Origin: Corynebacterium glutamicum ATCC 13032
GTDB taxonomy: Bacteria; Actinomycetota; Actinomycetes; Mycobacteriales; Mycobacteriaceae
DNA length: 32,000 nucleotides
Assembly (NCBI RefSeq): GCF_000011325.1
Contig: NC_003450.3
Location: 420,001 to 452,000, forward strand
Direction: 5' to 3'
Shown piece after piece: positions 1 through 8,560 of this stretch. Within the stretch, counting starts at the first letter, position 1; every line of letters begins with the position of its first letter. A program made the translations under genes and the position numbers. The notes under the pieces were generated by a model. That model had not been told where the DNA came from. It did not search any database and saw only the letters and a program-made list of their open reading frames with translations.

Positions 1-888
1 GCCGACGGCGATCTGGATGTTATTGCCGTCATCATCGAAACCGACGACGTCTCCATCAACCTCACCGACGGTCTCCTCACCGCCGATGCAGGCGCTGTTT
101 GGGACGATGTTGTCCACCTTTCGGTGGATGCCGGCCTCGGTGGAATTGAATGCCTCTCCGGAATCCCCGGCTCCGCCGGCGCCACCCCAGTCCAAAACGT
201 GGGCGCCTACGGCACGGAAGTTTCCGATGTACTCACCCGCGTCCAGCTTCTCGACCGCACCACCCACCAAGTCTCCTGGGTCGACGCCTCCGAACTCGAC
301 CTCTCTTACCGATACTCCAATCTCAAATTCACCAACCGCGCAGTCGTCTTGGCGATCGAACTCCAGCTCCTCACCGACGGATTGTCCGCGCCGCTACGTT
401 TTGGTGAATTGGGACGTCGATTAGCGATCTCCGAGGCCGAACCCCACCCACGTCGCCCCGTCCGCATGGTCCGCGACGCCGTCCTAGAACTCCGCCGCGC
501 CAAAGGCATGGTCGTGGAACACACCGACCACGACACCTGGTCCGCCGGATCCTTCTTCACCAACCCAATCGTCGACCCAGCCCTTGCCGACGCAGTCTTT
601 GAAAAAGTCGGCGAACCCACCATGCCCCGCTTCCCAGCCGGCGATGGCAAAGAAAAACTCTCCGCAGCCTGGCTCATCGAACGCGCCGGCTTCAAAAAGG
701 GACACCCCGGCGCAGGCGCAAAAGCCTCCCTGAGCACCAAACACACCCTCGCACTCACCAACCGTGGCGACGCCCGCGCCTCCGACCTCGTCGCATTAGC
801 CAAAGAAATCCGCGACGGAGTCCTCGAAACCTTCGGCGTCACCCTCGTCCCAGAACCCGTCTGGATTGGAATCAGCATCGATGACTGA
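1..888 (+). CDS. murB: UDP-N-acetylenolpyruvoylglucosamine reductase (MurB), C-terminal part; 5' end lies outside the window
   Basis: Frame 1 is open from base 1 to the TGA at 886-888. The translation carries typical MurB motifs (GIECLSGIPGSAGATPVQNVGAYG, SAGSFFTNP, KLSAAWLIERAGF). Confidence 0.9.
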   Translation, partial: ADGDLDVIAVIIETDDVSINLTDGLLTADAGAVWDDVVHLSVDAGLGGIECLSGIPGSAGATPVQNVGAYGTEVSDVLTRVQLLDRTTHQVSWVDASELDLSYRYSNLKFTNRAVVLAIELQLLTDGLSAPLRFGELGRRLAISEAEPHPRRPVRMVRDAVLELRRAKGMVVEHTDHDTWSAGSFFTNPIVDPALADAVFEKVGEPTMPRFPAGDGKEKLSAAWLIERAGFKKGHPGAGAKASLSTKHTLALTNRGDARASDLVALAKEIRDGVLETFGVTLVPEPVWIGISIDD

Positions 889-1519
889 ATTTTCCGACGT
901 CCCTGGCACCGCCGCCCCACTGCACAGGGCGTTGGAAAATGCCGGATACTCCACTTTAGAATCCCTCGACGGTGTTCCCTACAAGACGTTGATTGCCCTG
1001 CATGGTGTCGGAAAAACTGGCCTCGGCAGGATCCAGGCAGCATTGTTGGAACGTGGCCTTTCCCTGGGGGAAGAAACAAAAGGCGCCACCATCACCCCAG
1101 GTCACACCGGTAAAGTGGCCTCAGATATCAAAACTCACATCACTTCCGTGGATCCCGTCGCATACGTCGATGGTCTAGAGGGGCGTCGGGTTGCTCACGG
1201 GCACCAATTGCTATCGATCTTCGGTCGCGTCACCGGCGCGGAACCCAAAATGTGGGGACCCTCCATGATCGGATACGGCTCAGTCCACTACGTTTCCCAC
1301 ACCGGAAGGGAAGGCGATTGGTTTCAGTGTGGTTTCAGCCCGGCGAAGTCCAAAATCTGCCTGTATGGCCTGAAGGATTCGCCTCGCGGTGAGGAATTGC
1401 TGCAGAAACTTGGAAAATACACCGAAGGCCGCGGATGCGTGTACATCAATAAACCGGAAGACATCGATTTGGATGTTTTAGAGGCCATGATCAGCGAGTC
1501 ATGGGCCGGCCAAGGCTAG
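881..1519 (+). CDS. Conserved hypothetical protein, DUF1801/YdhG-like C-terminal part with a helix-hairpin-helix-like N-terminus
   Basis: ORF 866..1519 in the track starts at TTG. The ATG at 881 overlaps the murB stop (ATGACTGA) and seems the likelier start. The family call rests on general sequence resemblance only. Confidence 0.55.
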   Translation: MTEFSDVPGTAAPLHRALENAGYSTLESLDGVPYKTLIALHGVGKTGLGRIQAALLERGLSLGEETKGATITPGHTGKVASDIKTHITSVDPVAYVDGLEGRRVAHGHQLLSIFGRVTGAEPKMWGPSMIGYGSVHYVSHTGREGDWFQCGFSPAKSKICLYGLKDSPRGEELLQKLGKYTEGRGCVYINKPEDIDLDVLEAMISESWAGQG

Positions 1520-1803
1520 GTTGCAAATCCCCACCACAAGTTGCTCTGATCAGCGATTTTGTGGTGGATTTTTGCGTCTCCGCCACCTGAAACCGCAAGG
1601 ATTCACCACAGATTCGAGTTTTCCTTTGAAACGTGGTGGATCCTTGCCCTGCAAACTTTCAGGAATCACACCAGTCCCACTGGCCACAAATGGGAAACCC
1701 CTCAGAATCGCTTCTGAGGGGTTATCTAGCGCCAGTTGGGGTAAGTGCCCATTTGGGAAACTCGACCTCTTAAATCGGCGTCTACTTGCCGAGCTTCTTC
1801 AAC
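1520..1803 (+). repeat. Intergenic repeat unit A1 (hairpin head plus conserved tail); first copy of a 305-bp-period tandem pair
   Basis: Hand alignment to 1825..2108 gives about 20 substitutions and no indels. The last 78 nt are identical. It ends with a copy of the last 22 nt of the downstream acyl-CoA synthetase gene. Confidence 0.9.
1531..1573 (+). terminator. Putative rho-independent terminator of the 881..1519 gene, embedded in repeat A1
   Basis: CCACCACAA (1531-1539) pairs with TTGTGGTGG (1559-1567) and is followed by ATTTTT. It starts 12 nt after the stop codon. The 19-nt loop is large, which lowers confidence. Confidence 0.5.
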
Positions 1804-1824
1804 GTCCACTCGTGCGGGGCCTGA

Positions 1825-2108
1825 GTTGCAAATCCCCACCACAAATTGCTCTGATTAGTGGATTTGTGGTGGATTTTTGCGTCTTCGCTATCTGAAACCG
1901 CGAGGATCCACCACAGATTCGAGTTTTCCTTTGAAACGTGGTTGATCCTTGCCCTGGAATCTTTCAGGAATCACATCAGTCCCACTGGTTACAAAGTGGA
2001 AACCCCTCAGAATCGCTTCTGGGGGGTGAACTAGCGCCAGTTGGGGTAAGTGCCCATTTGGGAAACTCGACCTCTTAAATCGGCGTCTACTTGCCGAGCT
2101 TCTTCAAC
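1825..2108 (+). repeat. Intergenic repeat unit A2; second copy of the tandem pair, overlapping the 3' end of the acyl-CoA synthetase gene
   Basis: Same architecture as A1 at +305 bp. The head hairpin CCACCACAAAT/ATTTGTGGTGG (1836-1846 / 1862-1872) is followed by a T-run. The tail reaches the true stop codon (2087-2089, minus strand). Confidence 0.9.
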
Positions 2109-3793
2109 AACTCCGCCTGCACTTCACGACGCCTAATCTTGCCCATCTGATCCCGCGGCATCTCCTCAAAGTGGTAGAAAGTGCGCGGAACCTTGTAGCG
2201 GGTGAGGTTCTTGCGGGCGAATTCCTTCAGGCCATCCGGATCCAGCGCTGCACCTTCCACCAAAGTGATGGCAGCAACGACGTTTTCGGAGCCGTCTTCA
2301 CGCGGGATACCAACGACTGCGGAATCTTCAATGTCTGGGTGCTCTGCGAGGACTTCTTCAACCTCAGCTGGGTACACGTTGAAACCGCCAGTGATGATGA
2401 CTTCCTTGATGCGAGCAACTAGGCGGATGAACCCGTCTTCTTCCATCACTCCGACGTCGCCGGTGCGGTACCACTCGCCGTGGAAGCTGTTCTTGGTGGC
2501 TTCTTCCTGGTTGAGGTAACCCTTGAACACCTGTGGGCCCTTGACTAGGACTTCGCCTTCGCTGCCGTCGGGCATGGTTTCGTCGAGGTTTTCTGGGTTT
2601 GCGATGCGCACGATGGTGTCGGGGAAGGGGATTCCTACGTAGCCTTGGCGTCGGTGATCGCTCATGGGGTTACCCACGATGATGGGGGAGGTTTCGGTGA
2701 GGCCGTAGCCTTCGACGAGGCGTCCGCCGGTGTGCTTTTCCCAGCGTTCAACGGTGCGCTGGGAGAGTGTGGATGCACCGGAGAAGGCGTTGCGGACTCC
2801 CTTGATGGGGATTCCTTCTTTTTCGGAGGCGTCGACGATTTTTTCGTAAAGGGTGGGCACGCCTGGTAGCCAGGTTGGGGTGTGCTTTTTCATTACGTTC
2901 ATGATCAGGTCGATGCGTGGGGTGGGAAGTAGCACCATTTCGCCACCGATGAACACGGACAGTGTGCCGACCATGGTCAGACCGTATGCGTGGAACATTG
3001 GTAGGGCTGCAAGCATGCGTTCTGGTTTGTCTCCGAGACCTGGAACCCAGTGCTTTCCTTGGAGGAGATTGGAGAACAGGTTTCCGTGGGTGAGCTGGGC
3101 ACCCTTGGGGCGTCCGGTGGTGCCGGAGGTGTAGAGGATCAGCGCGACGGATTCTTTGGTCACGGTGGGTTCTGAAACTACGTCGTCGCCGTCGCCGCCC
3201 ATTGCTGCGCTGGTCAGGGTTTCAAAAGGAACGGTGTTGGGGGCTGCGCCGGAGAGGGATTCGCGGCTCTTGCGCAGTGCAGGGATTGGGAGCCGAAGTG
3301 CTAGGCGCTGGAGTGGTGGCATCGCGTTGATCATGTTGACCGACACGATGGTTTCCAACTGGGTCTGTCCACGTAGCTGTTCGACGGTGGGGGAGGCTTT
3401 GTCCCAGACGATGGCAACGCGGGCACCGTGGTCTTTGAAGGGTTCGAGCAGTTCGTGGGCGGTGTAGAGCGGGTTGTGCTCAATGACTACTGCGCCGAGT
3501 TTCAGCACTGCGTAGAAAGCTGCGATGTGCTGTGGGCAGTTGGGGAGGATAATCGCTACGTGATCGCCGGGGCGGACACCTAGTGCGCGCAGGCCAGCGG
3601 CAGTTTTGCGGACTTCTTTGTCCAGTTCACCGTAGGTTTGTGAACGACCGAAAAAGTAGGTGGCTGGCTTGTCTGCGTTGATGGCCAGGTTGTTGTCGTA
3701 AACGTCCAGCAGGGTGGTGTCGCCATATTCCAGCGAGTGTGGCGTCCACTCTGGGTAGTGCTGGAGCCATTCTTTGGTTTCGTATGCTGACAT
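2087..3793 (-). CDS. Long-chain fatty-acid--CoA ligase / acyl-CoA synthetase (AMP-binding family)
   Basis: 568-aa ORF with the AMP-binding signature YTSGTTGRPKG and the later TGD..., GxxKxxR-type motifs of adenylate-forming enzymes. Confidence 0.9.
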   Translation of the reverse strand: MSAYETKEWLQHYPEWTPHSLEYGDTTLLDVYDNNLAINADKPATYFFGRSQTYGELDKEVRKTAAGLRALGVRPGDHVAIILPNCPQHIAAFYAVLKLGAVVIEHNPLYTAHELLEPFKDHGARVAIVWDKASPTVEQLRGQTQLETIVSVNMINAMPPLQRLALRLPIPALRKSRESLSGAAPNTVPFETLTSAAMGGDGDDVVSEPTVTKESVALILYTSGTTGRPKGAQLTHGNLFSNLLQGKHWVPGLGDKPERMLAALPMFHAYGLTMVGTLSVFIGGEMVLLPTPRIDLIMNVMKKHTPTWLPGVPTLYEKIVDASEKEGIPIKGVRNAFSGASTLSQRTVERWEKHTGGRLVEGYGLTETSPIIVGNPMSDHRRQGYVGIPFPDTIVRIANPENLDETMPDGSEGEVLVKGPQVFKGYLNQEEATKNSFHGEWYRTGDVGVMEEDGFIRLVARIKEVIITGGFNVYPAEVEEVLAEHPDIEDSAVVGIPREDGSENVVAAITLVEGAALDPDGLKEFARKNLTRYKVPRTFYHFEEMPRDQMGKIRRREVQAELLKKLGK

Positions 3794-3877
3794 GGTGTCC
3801 CTTCAACTGCGTTGCTTTAGTGCCCTTTAGTATATAGAGACGTCCCGCTGCTTTCTTCGGCGATCTAGAATGTGGGC

Positions 3878-5134
3878 ATGCGCGTAGCTATGATTTCCAT
3901 GCACACCTCTCCATTGCAGCAGCCCGGAACTGGTGATTCAGGCGGCATGAACGTCTACATTCTTTCGACCGCGACTGAGCTAGCGAAACAGGGTATCGAG
4001 GTCGATATTTACACTCGTGCCACGAGGCCTTCTCAGGGTGAGATCGTGAGAGTAGCTGAGAATTTGCGGGTCATTAATATCGCTGCGGGGCCGTATGAGG
4101 GGCTTTCCAAAGAGGAGCTTCCTACTCAGTTGGCGGCGTTTACCGGCGGAATGTTGTCGTTTACGCGCCGGGAGAAGGTTACTTATGATCTGATCCATTC
4201 TCACTATTGGCTGTCTGGTCAGGTGGGGTGGTTGCTGCGCGATTTGTGGCGGATTCCCCTTATTCATACGGCACACACTTTGGCGGCGGTGAAGAATTCT
4301 TATCGGGATGATTCGGACACTCCGGAGTCGGAGGCGCGTCGCATTTGTGAGCAGCAGCTGGTGGATAACGCTGACGTGTTGGCGGTGAACACTCAGGAGG
4401 AGATGCAGGATTTGATGCATCACTACGATGCGGATCCGGATCGGATTTCTGTGGTGTCACCGGGTGCGGACGTGGAACTTTATAGCCCTGGAAATGATCG
4501 CGCGACGGAACGTTCCCGTCGTGAGCTGGGCATTCCGCTGCACACAAAGGTAGTGGCTTTTGTGGGTCGGTTGCAGCCGTTTAAGGGCCCGCAGGTGCTG
4601 ATCAAGGCGGTTGCGGCGTTGTTTGATCGCGATCCGGACCGAAATCTGCGCGTCATTATTTGTGGCGGCCCTTCTGGTCCGAATGCGACACCGGATACCT
4701 ATAGGCATATGGCAGAGGAACTGGGCGTCGAAAAGCGAATTCGCTTTTTGGACCCGCGCCCGCCGAGCGAGCTAGTGGCCGTGTATCGGGCGGCGGACAT
4801 CGTGGCCGTGCCAAGTTTTAATGAGTCCTTCGGACTCGTCGCCATGGAGGCGCAAGCCAGCGGCACACCGGTCATTGCGGCCCGGGTTGGCGGCCTGCCC
4901 ATCGCAGTCGCGGAAGGGGAGACGGGATTGCTTGTCGACGGCCACTCCCCGCATGCCTGGGCCGACGCCTTAGCCACACTCTTGGACGATGACGAAACGC
5001 GCATCAGAATGGGTGAAGACGCCGTCGAACACGCCAGAACATTCTCCTGGGCGGCCACCGCCGCACAGCTATCGTCGCTGTACAACGACGCTATTGCCAA
5101 CGAAAATGTCGACGGTGAAACGCATCACGGCTAA
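3878..5134 (+). CDS. mshA: D-inositol-3-phosphate glycosyltransferase MshA (GT4 family, mycothiol biosynthesis)
   Basis: The GT4 motif [19 protein letters not shown] and the N-terminal [23 protein letters not shown] are typical of MshA. It sits next to gpmA as in other Corynebacteriales. The track start at 3872 is GTG, but the ATG at 3878 is preferred. Confidence 0.85.
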
Positions 5135-5176
5135 GTAAACGCGCGTCGTGGAACATAAAGTGGCAAACTAGTACCT

Positions 5177-5923
5177 ATGACTAACGGAAAATTGATTCTT
5201 CTTCGTCACGGTCAGAGCGAATGGAACGCATCCAACCAGTTCACTGGATGGGTCGACGTCAATCTGACCGAACAGGGTGAGGCTGAGGCCAAGCGCGGAG
5301 GCGAACTCCTCGTCGAGGCAGGCGTCCTCCCAGGCGTTGTATACACCTCCTTGCTGCGTCGCGCGATCCGCACTGCAAACATCGCACTGAACGCTGCAGA
5401 CCGCCACTGGATCCCAGTGATCCGCGACTGGCGCCTCAACGAGCGTCACTACGGCGCACTGCAGGGCCTTGACAAGGCTGCAACCAAGGAAAAATACGGC
5501 GACGACCAGTTCATGGAATGGCGCCGCTCCTACGACACCCCACCACCAGAGCTCGCGGATGACGCAGAGTACTCCCAGGCAAATGACCCTCGTTACGCGG
5601 ACCTCGACGTAGTTCCACGCACCGAATGCCTCAAGGACGTTGTGGTTCGTTTTGTTCCTTACTTCGAGGAAGAAATCCTGCCACGCGCAAAGAAGGGCGA
5701 AACCGTCCTCATCGCAGCACACGGCAACTCCCTGCGTGCGCTGGTTAAGCACCTTGACGGCATCTCCGATGCTGATATCGCAGAGCTCAACATCCCAACC
5801 GGCATCCCACTGGTCTACGAAATCGCCGAAGACGGTTCCGTAGTAAACCCAGGCGGCACCTACCTCGATCCTGAGGCAGCAGCAGCCGGCGCAGCAGCAG
5901 TAGCAAACCAGGGTAATAAGTAG
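5177..5923 (+). CDS. gpmA: 2,3-bisphosphoglycerate-dependent phosphoglycerate mutase
   Basis: [10 protein letters not shown] catalytic His motif, RHYG, and full-length similarity to the dPGM family. Confidence 0.95.
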
Positions 5924-5933
5924 CTATTTGTAG

Positions 5934-7175
5934 GTGAGCACTCTTCTTGCTTTCGTATTGGGCGTGGTCCTCATGGGCCTCGCCCTACCTGCGTATACGA
6001 AAATTAAAGATCGGATGCGTCGCCACAAGTCCGCGGTCACCCTGTCCGAAAACCAGGTCACCACGGTGGGGCAGGTCCTCCACCTGGCGATTCAAGGCTC
6101 CCCAACGGGAATCACGGTTGTCGATCGCACCGGCGACGTCATCTTATCCAACGGCCGCGCCCACGAATTGGGCATCGTCCACGAAAGATCCGTCGACGGC
6201 AACGTTTGGCGCGTCGCCCAGGAAGCCTTCCAAGACCAAGAAACCCACTCACTCGACGTCCACCCAGACCGCAATCCGCGGCGCCCGGGTAGTCGCATCA
6301 CCGCAGTGCAGGCAGTGGTCAAGCCTTTAACGCTTATCGACGATCGTTTCGTGATCATCTATGCCTCCGACGAATCCGAAAACGTGCGCATGGAATCGGC
6401 ACGCCGAGACTTCGTCGCAAACGTCTCCCACGAACTGAAAACCCCCGTCGGCGGCATGGCACTCCTCGCGGAAGCCCTCATGGAATCCTCCGACGACCCA
6501 GAACAAGTCGAATACTTCGGATCCAGGCTCCACCGCGAAGCCCACCGCATGGCCGACATGATCAACGAACTGATCTCCCTTTCCAAACTTCAGGGCGCCG
6601 AACGACTCCCTGATATGGAACCCGTCCAGGCTGACGACATCATCAGCGAAGCCATCGAACGCACCCAACTCGCCGCCGACAACGCCAACATCGAAATCAT
6701 TCGCGGCGACCGCACCGGCGTTTGGGTAGAAGCCGATCGATCCCTGCTGGTCACAGCCCTGGCGAACCTGATCAGCAATGCAATCAACTACTCACCAAAA
6801 TCAGTCCCCGTCTCCGTTTCACAAAGCATCCGAAACGACGTGGTCATGATCCGAGTAACCGACCGTGGCATTGGCATCGCACCCGAAGACCAAGGCCGAG
6901 TTTTCGAAAGATTCTTCCGCGTCGACAAAGCCCGCTCCCGCCAAACCGGCGGAACTGGCCTTGGCCTCGCGATAGTCAAACATGTCATGGCTAACCATGG
7001 CGGTAGTATTAGTTTGTGGTCACGTCCTGGAACAGGCTCCACATTTACACTTGAACTCCCTGTATACCACCCAGAGTCCAAGGAACCGGCAGGATCTAAG
7101 CAGGGACCTAGTTTGGATTCACCTATTCGTACGACTGCGTCCAAAGCATCTGGGCGCCGAAAGGAAAAATCATGA
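5934..7175 (+). CDS. cgtS4: Two-component sensor histidine kinase, SenX3 type
   Basis: N-terminal TM segment, H-box SHELKTP, and N/G boxes (NAINYS, DRGIGI, GGTGLGLAIV). It has a GTG start and overlaps the downstream response regulator by ATGA. Confidence 0.85.
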   Translation: MSTLLAFVLGVVLMGLALPAYTKIKDRMRRHKSAVTLSENQVTTVGQVLHLAIQGSPTGITVVDRTGDVILSNGRAHELGIVHERSVDGNVWRVAQEAFQDQETHSLDVHPDRNPRRPGSRITAVQAVVKPLTLIDDRFVIIYASDESENVRMESARRDFVANVSHELKTPVGGMALLAEALMESSDDPEQVEYFGSRLHREAHRMADMINELISLSKLQGAERLPDMEPVQADDIISEAIERTQLAADNANIEIIRGDRTGVWVEADRSLLVTALANLISNAINYSPKSVPVSVSQSIRNDVVMIRVTDRGIGIAPEDQGRVFERFFRVDKARSRQTGGTGLGLAIVKHVMANHGGSISLWSRPGTGSTFTLELPVYHPESKEPAGSKQGPSLDSPIRTTASKASGRRKEKS

Positions 7176-7870
7176 CGAGAATCCTGATCGTTGAAGATGA
7201 GGAATCGTTAGCAGATCCTTTGGCCTTTCTTCTTCGCAAAGAAGGTTTTGACACCATCATCGCCGGTGATGGCCCAACCGCACTTGTGGAGTTCAGTCGC
7301 AACGAAATCGACATCGTCCTCTTAGACCTCATGCTCCCAGGCATGTCTGGCACCGACGTATGCAAAGAACTCCGCAGCGTATCCACTGTTCCCGTCATCA
7401 TGGTCACCGCCCGCGACTCCGAGATCGACAAAGTTGTTGGCCTCGAACTCGGCGCCGATGATTATGTAACCAAGCCATATTCTTCCCGCGAACTCATCGC
7501 CCGCATCCGCGCTGTCCTGCGCCGACGCGGAGTTACTGAAACCGAAGCCGAAGAATTACCACTTGACGATCAAATCCTCGAAGGCGGCCGCGTCCGCATG
7601 GACGTCGATTCCCACACCGTCACCGTCGGTGGCGAACCAGTGAGCATGCCACTGAAGGAATTCGACCTTCTGGAGTACCTCCTCCGAAACGCCGGCCGAG
7701 TCCTCACCCGCGGACAGCTCATCGACCGAATTTGGGGCGCAGATTACGTCGGCGACACCAAAACCCTCGACGTTCATGTCAAAAGGTTGCGTTCCAAGAT
7801 CGAAGAAGAGCCATCTCGCCCTCGTTACCTCGTGACCGTGCGTGGATTGGGCTACAAATTCGAGCTGTAG
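7172..7870 (+). CDS. cgtR4: OmpR/PhoB-family response regulator, RegX3 type
   Basis: Receiver domain (ILIVEDE, DLMLPGMSG, KP) plus a winged-helix C-terminus (LDVHVKRLRSKIE, VRGLGYKF). The ATG overlaps the kinase stop. Confidence 0.9.
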   Translation: MTRILIVEDEESLADPLAFLLRKEGFDTIIAGDGPTALVEFSRNEIDIVLLDLMLPGMSGTDVCKELRSVSTVPVIMVTARDSEIDKVVGLELGADDYVTKPYSSRELIARIRAVLRRRGVTETEAEELPLDDQILEGGRVRMDVDSHTVTVGGEPVSMPLKEFDLLEYLLRNAGRVLTRGQLIDRIWGADYVGDTKTLDVHVKRLRSKIEEEPSRPRYLVTVRGLGYKFEL

Positions 7871-7907
7871 GGCTCTGTTAGGCCCTGTTGGGCGCTCAAC
7901 TTAGTTA

Positions 7908-8166
7908 AAACCAGACACACGTGCCCACGGTTCGGGTTTTCCGAGTTGGTGGGCACTCTGGTTTGGTTTATCGCTTTCGAAACCGGTCCCAGTTGCCCAA
8001 GTGTTTCGATTTGAGGATTCGTGGGCACACCTGTCTGGTCGGGGTGAAAAGTTGGCCTTGGACCTGAAAATGTCGACTCGCTGTATGGCCGTTAGACGCA
8101 CTTCCGTGATCCACTTTAGGGGAACGTTCCTTCGAAAAACTCGACCGCTTAAACGGGCTTCTAGAG
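7908..8166 (+). repeat. Intergenic repeat unit B1 (three-arm hairpin head plus conserved tail); first copy of a 354-bp-period pair
   Basis: Aligns to 8262..8520 with no net indel. The head (about 7908-8039) is nearly identical, the linker (8040-8074) is strongly diverged, and the tail differs at a few positions. Confidence 0.9.
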
Positions 8167-8261
8167 TGTTGATGCTTTAAGGGGCCGTAAATGTAGGGTT
8201 CTTTGGATGGGAGCTAAGGCCAGGGCTCACTTTTGCTTTGATCGGGAGGCTCCAAGCCAGC

Positions 8262-8520
8262 AAACCAGACACACGTGCCCGCGGTTCGGGTTTTTCGAGT
8301 TGGTGGGCACTCTGGTTTGGTTTATCGCTTTCGAAACCGGTCCCAGTTGCCCAAGTGTTTCGATTTGAGGATTCGTGGGCACGCCTGTCTGGTTGGCCAG
8401 AAAAACTGGCCTTAGACCCAAAAAACCAGACTCGCTGTATGGCTGTTAGACGCGCTTCCGTGACTCACTTTAGGGGAACGTTCCTTCGAAAAACTCGACC
8501 CTTTAAACGGGCTTCTAGAG
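8262..8520 (+). repeat. Intergenic repeat unit B2
   Basis: Second copy at +354 bp, separated from B1 by a 95-bp non-repeated spacer. It ends 40 nt before the ATG of the 8561 gene. Confidence 0.9.
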
Positions 8521-8560
8521 CCTTGGAACCATTTGGACTTCTTCGGAGTCTAACCAGAGT

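Noticed and set aside
1521-1895. ORFs running through the repeat units (1521-1895 +, 7901-8101 -, 8227-8421 -, 8238-8594 +, 16616-16840 +, 27989-28399 +)
   Set aside because: Copies of the same repeat do not preserve a reading frame or a protein sequence. Conservation follows nucleotide stems, so these are most likely non-coding.
1520-8520. Possibility that the tandem repeats are CRISPR arrays
   Set aside because: There are only two copies each, the repeat units are 259-284 bp rather than 24-48 bp, the 21-bp junction and 95-bp spacer between copies do not form a regular short repeat-spacer pattern, and no cas genes are present in the window.
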